A stretch of DNA of 32,000 nucleotides, taken from positions 360,001 through 392,000 of the forward strand of contig NC_017080.1 in the NCBI RefSeq assembly GCF_000284115.1, in the 5' to 3' direction. Within the stretch, counting starts at the first letter, position 1, and every line of letters begins with the position of its first letter. The DNA is from Phycisphaera mikurensis NBRC 102666 (lineage in GTDB: Bacteria; Planctomycetota; Phycisphaerae; Phycisphaerales; Phycisphaeraceae). This document shows positions 1-7,332 of the stretch, piece after piece. Below the pieces are notes generated by a model. That model saw only the letters and a list, made by a program, of their open reading frames with translations, was not told the DNA's origin and made no database searches. The translations under genes and the position numbers were made by a program.

Positions 1-37
1 GGACACCGGCGACGCGGTGAAGGACGCGATGGACTGA
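1..37 (+). CDS. 3' end of an upstream CDS (partial; ...DTGDAVKDAMD*)
   Basis: Frame 2 reads gac acc ggc gac gcg gtg aag gac gcg atg gac tga. Every codon ends in G/C, which fits coding bias in this genome. A terminator hairpin follows. Confidence 0.35.
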   Translation, partial: DTGDAVKDAMD

Positions 38-65
38 TCCCGCTCCGGGATCCCGACGCCCCCGC

Positions 66-98
66 GGCCCGCTTTCCCCTTGGGGAGGCGGGCCTTTT
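66..98 (+). terminator. Rho-independent terminator candidate
   Basis: Positions 66-77 (ggcccgctttcc) pair with 83-94 (ggggaggcgggc c) as a 12-bp stem including G-U pairs, with a 5-nt loop. The stem is followed directly by tttt at 95-98. Confidence 0.6.
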
Positions 99-208
99 CG
101 TTGCCAGCCTCTCGACCGGTGTCCCGGGGCCGATAAACTCGGTTCTTCCCGCCCGCAGGGCATCCCAACATCGCCCGGCGTGACCCGCCCCTCCCGATCG
201 CCAAGCCC

Positions 209-913
209 ATGCCCGGAATCAAGGACAAGATGACCGGCCTGCTCTCCAAGCTCCGCGGCGACAAGCCGGTGGCGCTGGACGTGGTGCGGAAGGACGACGG
301 CACCGAGGCACGCCGCGAGGTGACGATCGCCCAGCTGAAGGAGGGCTACGGCGAGGTCGTCGGCACGATGCAGGCCATCCGCGGCCACCTCGACGACCAG
401 AAGGTCCGCCAGGACCGCATGGAGCAGATGCTCTCGGGCCTGCCCGAGGTGCTGCGGGCGGTGCCCGAGGCGGCGCGGACGCAGACGCAGCTGGTGAAGG
501 CGATCGGGGCGCACCTCGAGACGCAATCCGCGGCGACGGGGCAGCTGACCGAGGCGATCCACGGGCTCTCGAACAACAGCCGCAAGCAGGACCAGACGCT
601 GGAGGGCATCGCGGAGCACCTCGTCGAGGAGCGAGAGACCAAGCGGGAGCTGAACACCAGCGTGCTCTCGCTCAACGCCGCCATGGAGGGCGTGGAGGCG
701 AGCAACCTCGCCGCCCGCGACGCGCTCGCGGCGAGCCGCGAGGAGGCCCAGCGACGCGAGGAGCGCCTCGTCCAGATGCACCAGCGCGGCCAGCGCAACA
801 ACACGCTGATGCTCGTCTTCGCCGCCGCGCTCTTTCTCGCCGTCATCGCCGCCGGCATCTGGCTCGTCAGCACGGGCGCCCTGACGCTCCCGGCGGCGCC
901 CGCGTCGGGGTGA
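209..913 (+). CDS. Tail-anchored coiled-coil protein of unknown function
   Basis: 234-aa ORF with strong GC3 bias. It has a long heptad-like Q/E/A-rich region and a single C-terminal hydrophobic helix (LMLVFAAALFLAVIAAGIWLV). I recognised no family motif. Confidence 0.7.
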   Translation: MPGIKDKMTGLLSKLRGDKPVALDVVRKDDGTEARREVTIAQLKEGYGEVVGTMQAIRGHLDDQKVRQDRMEQMLSGLPEVLRAVPEAARTQTQLVKAIGAHLETQSAATGQLTEAIHGLSNNSRKQDQTLEGIAEHLVEERETKRELNTSVLSLNAAMEGVEASNLAARDALAASREEAQRREERLVQMHQRGQRNNTLMLVFAAALFLAVIAAGIWLVSTGALTLPAAPASG

Positions 914-943
914 TCGTGCGGTTCCTGCTCCGCCGCGGGGTGT

Positions 944-964
944 GACGCCGCGTGGCGTCCGTTT
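944..964 (+). terminator. Weak terminator candidate after the 209-913 gene
   Basis: gacgcc (944-949) pairs with ggcgtc (954-959) across a gcgt loop, followed by cgtttg. The stem is short and the T-tract is poor. Confidence 0.25.
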
Positions 965-1078
965 GCGCGGAACCTTGCGGGCGTGCCGGTCTCGGCGGGG
1001 CCACCGGTACACTCCGCCGCGCGCCGGCTGTTCTTGTTTTCGGCCGGGCGAGATCCCGTTCGAAAGGAAGACCTCCCC

Positions 1079-1525
1079 ATGGCTGAATCCGGCGAAACCA
1101 CTGTCATCGGCTCCGACTCGCACTTCAAGGGCGAGCTGACCTTCGAGAAGACGGCCAAGATCGTTGGACGCTTCGAGGGCACGATCGTCGGCAAGGGCGA
1201 GCTCAACGTCGTCAACAGCGCCGAGTGCCGGGCGGACGTCTCCGCCGCCGTCGCCAACGTCGACGGCACCATCGAGGGCAACGTCGACGCGGACGACACG
1301 GTCCGGCTCAACGCCAACGGGACGGTCCGCGGCGACGTGACCGCGGCGAAGATGGTGATGGCCGAAGGCGCGAGCTTCTACGGCATGTGCAACGTGGGCC
1401 CGGACGCCAAGAAGAGCGGCGGGCGTTCGTCGGCTCCCGCGAGCACCCCGCCGAGCCCGCCGCCGAGCGGCGGCGGCGGGAACAGCCCCGGCGGCGGCTC
1501 CGGCGGCGGCAACGACAAGAAGTAG
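1079..1525 (+). CDS. Bactofilin (polymer-forming cytoskeletal protein, DUF583 family) with a Pro/Gly-rich C-terminal tail
   Basis: MAESGETTVIGSDSHFKGELTFEKTAKIVGRFEGTIVGKGELNV...VRGDVTAAKMVMAEGASFYG is the typical bactofilin beta-helix repeat pattern. I chose the ATG at 1079 (preceded by gaaaggaag) rather than the track start at 983. Confidence 0.85.
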   Translation: MAESGETTVIGSDSHFKGELTFEKTAKIVGRFEGTIVGKGELNVVNSAECRADVSAAVANVDGTIEGNVDADDTVRLNANGTVRGDVTAAKMVMAEGASFYGMCNVGPDAKKSGGRSSAPASTPPSPPPSGGGGNSPGGGSGGGNDKK

Positions 1526-1576
1526 GCCCGCGGCGGAGCCGGGCGCGCAGGACCTCCTCCCGCCGAGGCGGCGGGG

Positions 1577-2227
1577 GTGCCCTGCGCCCGGCCCGCCCGC
1601 CGACGCTCGGTGTTTTCTTCCGCGCCGGCTTCCCCGCCCGCCGCTCGCTCCCCGCTCCTGCCCTTGGCCAAAGCCGCCGGCCCCAGGTTGGTCCAGTGCT
1701 ACCTGTGCGGACACCGCTTCGAGGTGTCCGGGCGGGCGCAATCCACGTCGTGCCCGGGCTGCAACCGGGCGGTCCGCGTCGCGGACGAGACGCTGGGCAC
1801 CGGCAAGCGGCGCGGCCCGATCCGCGAGCTCCGCACGTGCGGCCGGATCGTGATCGGCAAGCGGGCCCGCCTCATCTGCGAGCACGTCGAGGCGCACGGC
1901 GGGCTCGAGTGCCTCGGCATCCTCGACGCGCGCGACGTCGTCCTCGGCGGCGGGGGCCTGCGCCTCGGTCCCAAGGCGGAGTTCAAGGGCGAGCTGCACG
2001 CCCCCTCGGTGGAGATGGAGGCGGGCGCCAGGGTGCATCCTTCGCCTTTCGCGGTGCCCAGCGACCCACGCGGGCTGACGGACCCCGCGGGCGGGAAGCC
2101 GGCGCCGAAGACCCGGCCGGGCACGAGCGGGGCGGCTCCGGGGGAGGCGGCGGAAGCAGAGATCGATCCGCTCACCGGGAAGAAGCCGCCGAAGGTGGCG
2201 CGGACACGCGGGCACCGGCCGGGCTGA
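1577..2227 (+). CDS. Zinc-ribbon protein with a bactofilin-like domain
   Basis: CYLCGHRF...SCPGCNR is a CxxC-x16-CxxC motif. It is followed by GRIVIGKRARLICEHVEAHGGLECLGILDARDVVLGGGGLRLGPKAEFKGELHAPSVEMEAGARV, which is bactofilin-like. The start is uncertain: GTG 1577 from the track, or an in-frame TTG at 1688. Confidence 0.65.
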   Translation: MPCARPARRRSVFSSAPASPPAARSPLLPLAKAAGPRLVQCYLCGHRFEVSGRAQSTSCPGCNRAVRVADETLGTGKRRGPIRELRTCGRIVIGKRARLICEHVEAHGGLECLGILDARDVVLGGGGLRLGPKAEFKGELHAPSVEMEAGARVHPSPFAVPSDPRGLTDPAGGKPAPKTRPGTSGAAPGEAAEAEIDPLTGKKPPKVARTRGHRPG

Positions 2228-2276
2228 CGGTCCGGATCTCGCCCGGTGCCGCTCGGGGCCCCGCGTGGGGCGCACG

Positions 2277-2300
2277 AAAAAGCCGCCCGTGCGGGCGGCT
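2277..2300 (-). terminator. Rho-independent terminator of flgM (possibly bidirectional)
   Basis: agccgccc (2281-2288) pairs with gggcggct (2293-2300) across a gtgc loop. The plus-strand aaaaa at 2277-2281 becomes a U-tract after the hairpin on the minus strand. It lies 32 nt downstream of the flgM stop. Confidence 0.6.
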
Positions 2301-2331
2301 CGCTCGCCGGCTCGGGGTGCCGGGCGCGGGC

Positions 2332-2625
2332 TCAGGCCCAGTCGCCGAGGATCGCGTCGATGGCTTGCTCGATGCGGTCTTCGGAGTCGTAGGTGCCCTC
2401 GGCGATCTGGCGGCGGGCTTCAGCGACCAGGTCCTCGCGGACGGGCAAGTCCTTCAGGCGGGCGGTGAGGGTCGCTTCGCGGGCTTCGGCGGAGACGTCC
2501 ACGCGGTCGGCACCGCGGGTGACGCCCGCGGGCGTCGCGTCGTTGACGCGGCGGGGCTTCGCGGCGGCGTCGTAGGAGACCGGGCCGGCGGGGTCGGGGC
2601 GGCCGATGGGTGCAAAATCGCTCAT
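2332..2625 (-). CDS. flgM: Anti-sigma-28 factor FlgM
   Basis: 97 aa. The C-terminal VDVSAEAREATL...REDLVAEARRQIAEGTYDSEDRIEQAIDAIL matches the FlgM family signature (V.lS.ea...kV..lk.aI..GtY.vd...iA..il). Confidence 0.8.
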   Translation of the reverse strand: MSDFAPIGRPDPAGPVSYDAAAKPRRVNDATPAGVTRGADRVDVSAEAREATLTARLKDLPVREDLVAEARRQIAEGTYDSEDRIEQAIDAILGDWA

Positions 2626-2962
2626 GAGGTGGGAGCCTTCTTGGGGGGGCGGGGAGGGTGGGGGTGGGGCGGGTTGCCCGGGGTCGCGGCGGGCTGGGCC
2701 GCCTCGCCGGTCGGTTCATCCGCGGTCTGTCTTTATCGACGCGGGGAACTTTTTCCTTGAAGGATGAACGCTGGTTCCTCCTGATGTCGACATGAAGGCT
2801 TAAATCGCTTCCGGTCAAATGGTTGCGAGAAGCGTAGCGGGCTATCGCCGCGACCGCCGATAACGCGGAACGGGCGGCGAAACTGGAACAAACCTTTATC
2901 GGGTAACGTTTTATAGATCTGGAGCGTCCGGAAGGTCCGCTCCACTCCACCCGGAAGAAAAT

Positions 2963-3850
2963 TCAGATTCTGTTTGGGGGGGGTGTTCCCCGATGGCCTG
3001 TTCCTGCCTGCGTGGCCGCTTCCGCCACGGCGGCCGCGGTGGCGAGCGCCTGGCGGTGGGCGGCGACGTCGTGCACGCGGAACACCCCGACGCCCGCGGC
3101 CAGCCCGAGCACGGCGACCGCGAGGGAGCCGGGCAGGCGGCCGTCCGGCGAGACCGCCGACGGGTCGAGCGGGGCCAGGAAGCTCTTGCGGCTCGCTCCC
3201 AGCAGCACCGGGTGGCCCTCGGCGACGAGGCGGGGCAGCGCGGCGAGGAGGGTGAGGTTGTGGGCGAGCGTCTTCCCGAAGCCGATGCCCGGGTCGAGCC
3301 AGACCTCCCGCACGCCGGCGGCCAGCGCCGCGGCGGCCCGGGCCCGCAGGTGGTCCGCGACCTCGGCGGCGACGTCCGCGTATGCGGGCTTCCGCTGCAT
3401 CACCGCGGGCTCCCCACGCTTGTGCATGAGCACCATCGGGAGTTTCCGCTCCGCGGCGACCCCGAACATCGCCGGGTCGTCCTCGCCCGCGGAGACGTCG
3501 TTGAGCAGCGTGGCCCCGGCGTCCGCGGCGGCCTCGGCGACGGCGGCGCGGGTGGTGTCGACGCTGATCGTGACCGACGGCCCGCCGCGTGGCAGCGCCT
3601 CGGCGAGCCCGCGGATCACGGGCACCACGCGGCGGATCTGCTCGCCCGCGGGCACCCGCTCGGCACCGGGCCGCGTCGACTCCCCGCCGACGTCCAGGAT
3701 CGTGGCGCCCTCCCCGGCCATCTTCAGGCCGGCGGCGACGGCGGCCTCCGCATCGGCGAAGCGCCCGCCGTCGGAGAAGCTGTCCGGCGTCGCGTTGAGG
3801 ATGCCCATCAGCCGGAAGGGCGGCGGCGGGCCGTGCGGGAGGTCGCTCAT
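2963..3850 (-). CDS. folP: Dihydropteroate synthase
   Basis: The start MSDLPHG (ATG at 3850) is followed by LMGILNATPDSFSDGGRF, ILDVGGESTRPGA, SVDT, LNDVS and LDPGIGFGKT, which are the canonical DHPS motifs. The upstream part of the 420-aa track ORF is Arg/Pro-rich and was discarded. Confidence 0.92.
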   Translation of the reverse strand: MSDLPHGPPPPFRLMGILNATPDSFSDGGRFADAEAAVAAGLKMAGEGATILDVGGESTRPGAERVPAGEQIRRVVPVIRGLAEALPRGGPSVTISVDTTRAAVAEAAADAGATLLNDVSAGEDDPAMFGVAAERKLPMVLMHKRGEPAVMQRKPAYADVAAEVADHLRARAAAALAAGVREVWLDPGIGFGKTLAHNLTLLAALPRLVAEGHPVLLGASRKSFLAPLDPSAVSPDGRLPGSLAVAVLGLAAGVGVFRVHDVAAHRQALATAAAVAEAATQAGTGHRGTPPPNRI

Positions 3851-3949
3851 CCCCGCATTGTGCGGTTCGCGCCGCCGGAGGCGGCGCAGCGGCCCGGCGG
3901 CGGGTGCTGGCAATTGACCCGGCGGCCTCGCCCGCCCGATAGGCGGGCC

Positions 3950-4498
3950 ATGCTGTCCCTGCGTGAACCGCCCGACTTCACCCGGCTCCAAGCCGAGGCC
4001 GAGCGCCTCGCGGACAACGAGGCGAGCAGCCTGCCGCCCAACCGCCGGCGTGACGCGCGGCGGCCGGTCCGCGGCGTCGTGCTCGCGGGCACGATCCCCG
4101 GCCCCTGCGAGCGGCTGACGCTGGGGCGGATCCCGGTCTCGGTCTTCAAGCCGGCCTGGGGCGGCTGGGCCGTCGACCTCGCCGTCTCGGGCATGGCGAT
4201 CGTGACCGAGCGGCGGCTTCCCCAAGCCGATCGCTGGTGGCTGCGCCTCGACGACTTCGCCACCCGCCCCACCATCCTGCCCGCCTTCGTCGCCGGCTGC
4301 CGCCCGCTGGAATCGCTCGCGGGCGAGCCCGGTGCCGCGGCATCCCCCGGCGAGGGGCTCGCCGCCCCGGCCGGCGCACCGCTGTACCGCATCCGCTTCA
4401 AGTTCCAGATCAGCCAGGCGGGCCTCGCCCGGCGGCTCCGCCTCGACGAGTGGGAAGCCTCCCTCACCGACCGGGCGCCCGAGGCCGCCGCCGCTTGA
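3950..4498 (+). CDS. Hypothetical protein, possibly containing a PilZ domain
   Basis: An ATG at 3950 lies inside the 2993-4498 track ORF. RRDAR (RxxxR) is followed about 38 aa later by DLAVSG (D-x-A/S-x-x-G), then GMAIVTERRLP. The spacing is slightly long for a PilZ domain. Confidence 0.55.
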   Translation: MLSLREPPDFTRLQAEAERLADNEASSLPPNRRRDARRPVRGVVLAGTIPGPCERLTLGRIPVSVFKPAWGGWAVDLAVSGMAIVTERRLPQADRWWLRLDDFATRPTILPAFVAGCRPLESLAGEPGAAASPGEGLAAPAGAPLYRIRFKFQISQAGLARRLRLDEWEASLTDRAPEAAAA

Positions 4499-4567
4499 GC
4501 CCGCCAGCGCCCGGCGGGCCGCTGGAGGCCCTCGCCCGCCGCCCCGACGGGGCCGTGCGGCGGCCCG

Positions 4568-6025
4568 CTAGACCTCCACGCGCTCCCAACGCCCCTTGAA
4601 GAAGAAGGCGATGAAGGCCGCCCCGCGCAGCGCCAGCTCGCCGCACAGGCCGTACCAGACGCCGACGAGGCCCCAGCCGAGGTACCACCCGAAGAAGGCG
4701 CAGGCCGGCAGCCGGAAGCCCCAGGTCAGCGCGTTGGTCAGCAGCATCGGTGTGCGGGTGTCGCCCGCCCCACGCATCGCGGCCCCCAGGATGATCGAGC
4801 TGCCGAAGCCGAACTGGACGAAGCCGCAGATCCGGACCAGGCGGGGGGACAGCTCCAGCAGCTCGGGCTGATCGGTCACGAGCCGGACGAAGAAGCCCGG
4901 CACGGCGACGAAGGCGACCCCCAGGAGCGTCATCGCCCCGGCCCCGGCGAGCCAGCAGGCGATGGCGGCCCGCTTCGCCCTCGCCCGGTCGCCGGCGCCG
5001 AGGAACTGCCCGGTCAGCGTCGACGCGGCCGCGGCCAGGGCCATCGCCGGCAGGAAGGAGAGCGCCTCGATGCGGATCGCCACGATGTGCGCCCCCTGGT
5101 ACGCGTCCTCGCCGAGGTCGCGGGCGATCCAGCCCACCAGCACGATGATCGCGAAGTTGCCCAACCAGTGGCCGAGCCCCTCGCCCACGCTGGGGATCGC
5201 GATGCGGACGATCCGGCGCAGCAGCTCTCGGCGGGGGGCGAGGCGGCGCCACCTCAGCTGCAGCAGGCCCGGGCGGAGCAGCACGGCGAGGATCAGAGCC
5301 GCGCCGACCGCCGTTCCGCCCGCCGTTCCCCAGGCGATGCCCAGCACGCCGAGCCCGCGGCCGGGCACCGCCCACTCGGTGCCCGCGAGCGTGAAGCTCC
5401 AGGGCCCCAGAGCGAGGTAGAGCGTCAGCAGGATGTTCGCCGCGTTGAAGGCCACCATCGCGAAGAAGGGCGTCCGCGTGTCGCCGGCCGCGGTGAGGCA
5501 GGCGTTGCCGATGAAGAGGACGGCCGTGAGCGGCGCGGCGGCGGCGATCACGCGGAGATACTGCGTGGCGAGCACGCGGCTGGCCTCGTCGAGCTGCGCG
5601 AGCCGCCCGATCGCGTCGGCCCCCAGGAAGACCGCGGCGCCCACCGCGGCCGACCAGCCGACGGCCAGCAGGATCGCCTGCCCCAGCGCCCGGTTGCCCA
5701 GCCGCCGGTCGCCGCCGCCGATCGCCCGCGCGATCAGCGCCGCCGCCCCCGAGCCCGCGGCGGAGGTCATCAGCACCAGGAACCACCCGAAGTACGCGGC
5801 GATCGCGATCGCGTTGGTGGCCTCCACCGAGAGCCGGCCCGCCACGGCGGTGTCGATGAAGGACACCAGCCAAGCGAGCAGCTGCTGGAGGAAGGGCCAG
5901 AAGGCCAGGGTCACGACCTGCGCGGCGAGGCCCCTTTGGAGCAGCGGCTGGACGGCGGACGCCGCGTCCGCGTCCGCGGCCGGTGCCGGTGCGTCGTCCG
6001 GGGCGTGCTCGGCGGGTCGTGTCAT
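4568..6025 (-). CDS. MATE family efflux transporter
   Basis: 485 aa with about 12 hydrophobic segments. The N-terminus WPFLQQLLAWLVSFIDTAVAGRLS..ATNAIAIA, and later GAGD(R/T)..A motifs in each half, are typical of MATE/NorM proteins. Confidence 0.85.
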   Translation of the reverse strand: MTRPAEHAPDDAPAPAADADAASAVQPLLQRGLAAQVVTLAFWPFLQQLLAWLVSFIDTAVAGRLSVEATNAIAIAAYFGWFLVLMTSAAGSGAAALIARAIGGGDRRLGNRALGQAILLAVGWSAAVGAAVFLGADAIGRLAQLDEASRVLATQYLRVIAAAAPLTAVLFIGNACLTAAGDTRTPFFAMVAFNAANILLTLYLALGPWSFTLAGTEWAVPGRGLGVLGIAWGTAGGTAVGAALILAVLLRPGLLQLRWRRLAPRRELLRRIVRIAIPSVGEGLGHWLGNFAIIVLVGWIARDLGEDAYQGAHIVAIRIEALSFLPAMALAAAASTLTGQFLGAGDRARAKRAAIACWLAGAGAMTLLGVAFVAVPGFFVRLVTDQPELLELSPRLVRICGFVQFGFGSSIILGAAMRGAGDTRTPMLLTNALTWGFRLPACAFFGWYLGWGLVGVWYGLCGELALRGAAFIAFFFKGRWERVEV

Positions 6026-6293
6026 GGCGGATCCGCGGACGGCCGACCTTCTGCAGCAGGAGCCGCGACGGTCCGCGGCAAGCTACGCCCGCGGCACGCG
6101 GCCCGGGGAAGCCGCCCGCCGACGGCCGCTCTTGCATCAAGAGGATCCCCTTCCGCATCGGTCGAGACGCCGGAGCGATCCGAGGGCGCGTGCCGGCGCT
6201 GCGAGCGCGACACGCCGCCGGCCCGCGTGGCGGCTCAGTCCCCCGTGGCGGCGGCTCGGGCTTCAACGGCCGCGGAGCGCCCGCCGCGTCGCC

Positions 6294-7049
6294 TCAGCGC
6301 TCGCGCACGGCCGAGGGTCCCGACAGCGAAGCGTCCAGCGCCGCCATCCGGGCCTCGACCCGCTCCGCCACCGCCAGCCCGGAATCGAGTTCGGCCCGCA
6401 CGGCGAGCAGCTCGCCCTCCATCGGCCGGCGGAGCTTCGCCGTCTGCATCCGGTCGAGCATGAGCCCCAGGGCGTGTACCCCGGAGGCGACCTCGGCGAT
6501 CAGCCCGGCGCGGCTGCCGTCGAGCTCCTCCTTCACCTCCTCGGTGTGCAGCTGCTCCTTCGCCTGGTGGATCCGCAGCGAGCGGGCGAGCGCGTTCACC
6601 GACGCGCTCATCAGGCGCTCGGCGGTTCCGGCCATCGCCGCGTCGACCTCGAAGCCCTCGCCCGCCACGCCCGCGTCGAGGCGGCCGCGGAGCTTGCGGA
6701 GGGCATCGGCGAGGCGGGCGCCCTCGCTGTCGCCGTGCCCGATCAAGCGCCGCCCCAGCTCGCGGAGCAGCTGGCGCTGCCCGCCATCGGCCTCGTCGAG
6801 CAGGCCCGCCCGCGCCTCGGCGGCGATCCGCTGCCGGCCGAACACGAACCAGCCGGCGGCCACGGCCGCGGGCACGGCCCACGCGAGCAGGCCCACGCCC
6901 GCCGCGGCGGCGAGGCCGCCGCCGCCGAGCAGCCCCACCGTGACGGCGGCCGCCGTCACCAGCCCGGCCGCCGCCGCCGCGCTCAGCACCGATCGACGCA
7001 GCAGCCACCGCTTGAGGAACCGTCGGCGGAAGCGATCGGAGGTCGTCAC
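6294..7049 (-). CDS. Membrane protein of unknown function (two N-terminal TM helices plus a helical cytoplasmic domain)
   Basis: 251 aa with good GC3 bias. It has two Ala/Gly-rich TM helices followed by a coiled-coil-like region. A resemblance to XpaC/TelA-like proteins is only an impression. Confidence 0.65.
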   Translation of the reverse strand: MTTSDRFRRRFLKRWLLRRSVLSAAAAAGLVTAAAVTVGLLGGGGLAAAAGVGLLAWAVPAAVAAGWFVFGRQRIAAEARAGLLDEADGGQRQLLRELGRRLIGHGDSEGARLADALRKLRGRLDAGVAGEGFEVDAAMAGTAERLMSASVNALARSLRIHQAKEQLHTEEVKEELDGSRAGLIAEVASGVHALGLMLDRMQTAKLRRPMEGELLAVRAELDSGLAVAERVEARMAALDASLSGPSAVRER

Positions 7050-7332
7050 GGGCGGACACTAAGGAGCAGTCTCGGGCGGAAGCCGCCCGGCGGGCGGCGT
7101 GCGGGCGCGGACCCGCCCCTTCTCGGACTATCCTCCGCTCCGCGTTCTTCCCCCGGAGCGCCCGGGCAACTCGGCGGCCAGATCCGCTGGACCGGGAGGC
7201 CGCAAACGCCGAAAGCAACGCAGCCGGCGCCCCCAGCAGCGGGAGCGGAAGGCGTCAGGGGCGAACCCCTCGCCCGGTCCCCCCGTTAGATCCTCACCCC
7301 GTAAGGCCACGGGCGTGCCGAGACCACCTTCC

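Noticed and set aside
2716-2793. 25-codon minus-strand uORF (MSTSGGTSVHPSRKKFPASIKTDRG) upstream of flgM, containing an AGGAGG sequence
   Set aside because: Its codon usage is A/T-ending, unlike every supported gene here. AGGAGG lies inside the ORF, not upstream of a start codon. There is no basis to call it coding.
2856-2863. Perfect sigma-28 -10 consensus GCCGATAA on the plus strand as a promoter
   Set aside because: There is no TAAA-like -35 at the 15-nt spacing; that position reads gcgg. The orientation points away from flgM, into the 3' end of folP. It is kept only as part of the intergenic-region observation.
2921-2943. GUCCGGAAGG hairpin resembling the SRP (4.5S) RNA apical loop
   Set aside because: The flanking conserved AGCAGCC/GGUCAGG elements and the long closing helix of SRP RNA are absent. 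This is more likely just a small hairpin downstream of folP.
2733-2945. 70-aa minus-strand ORF in the AT-rich intergenic region
   Set aside because: Its composition is Arg/Phe/Lys-rich with poor codon bias for this genome and no motif. It is likely non-coding.
2976-2983. G8 homopolymer near the folP 3' end as a phase-variation site
   Set aside because: It encodes the terminal PPP of folP just before the stop codon. Slippage there would change only the last few residues of an essential housekeeping enzyme, and there is no evidence of variability.
7196-7240. c-di-GMP-I (GEMM) riboswitch-like fragments (GGCCGCAAAcgccGAAAgcaACGCAgCCGG) in the wzc-like leader
   Set aside because: GCAAA, a GAAA tetraloop and ACGCA occur in the right order. 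However, the hairpin that should carry the tetraloop has only about 2 bp, and the second hairpin and receptor are not convincing. The match is probably chance in GC-rich DNA. A covariance-model scan (Rfam RF01051) would settle it.
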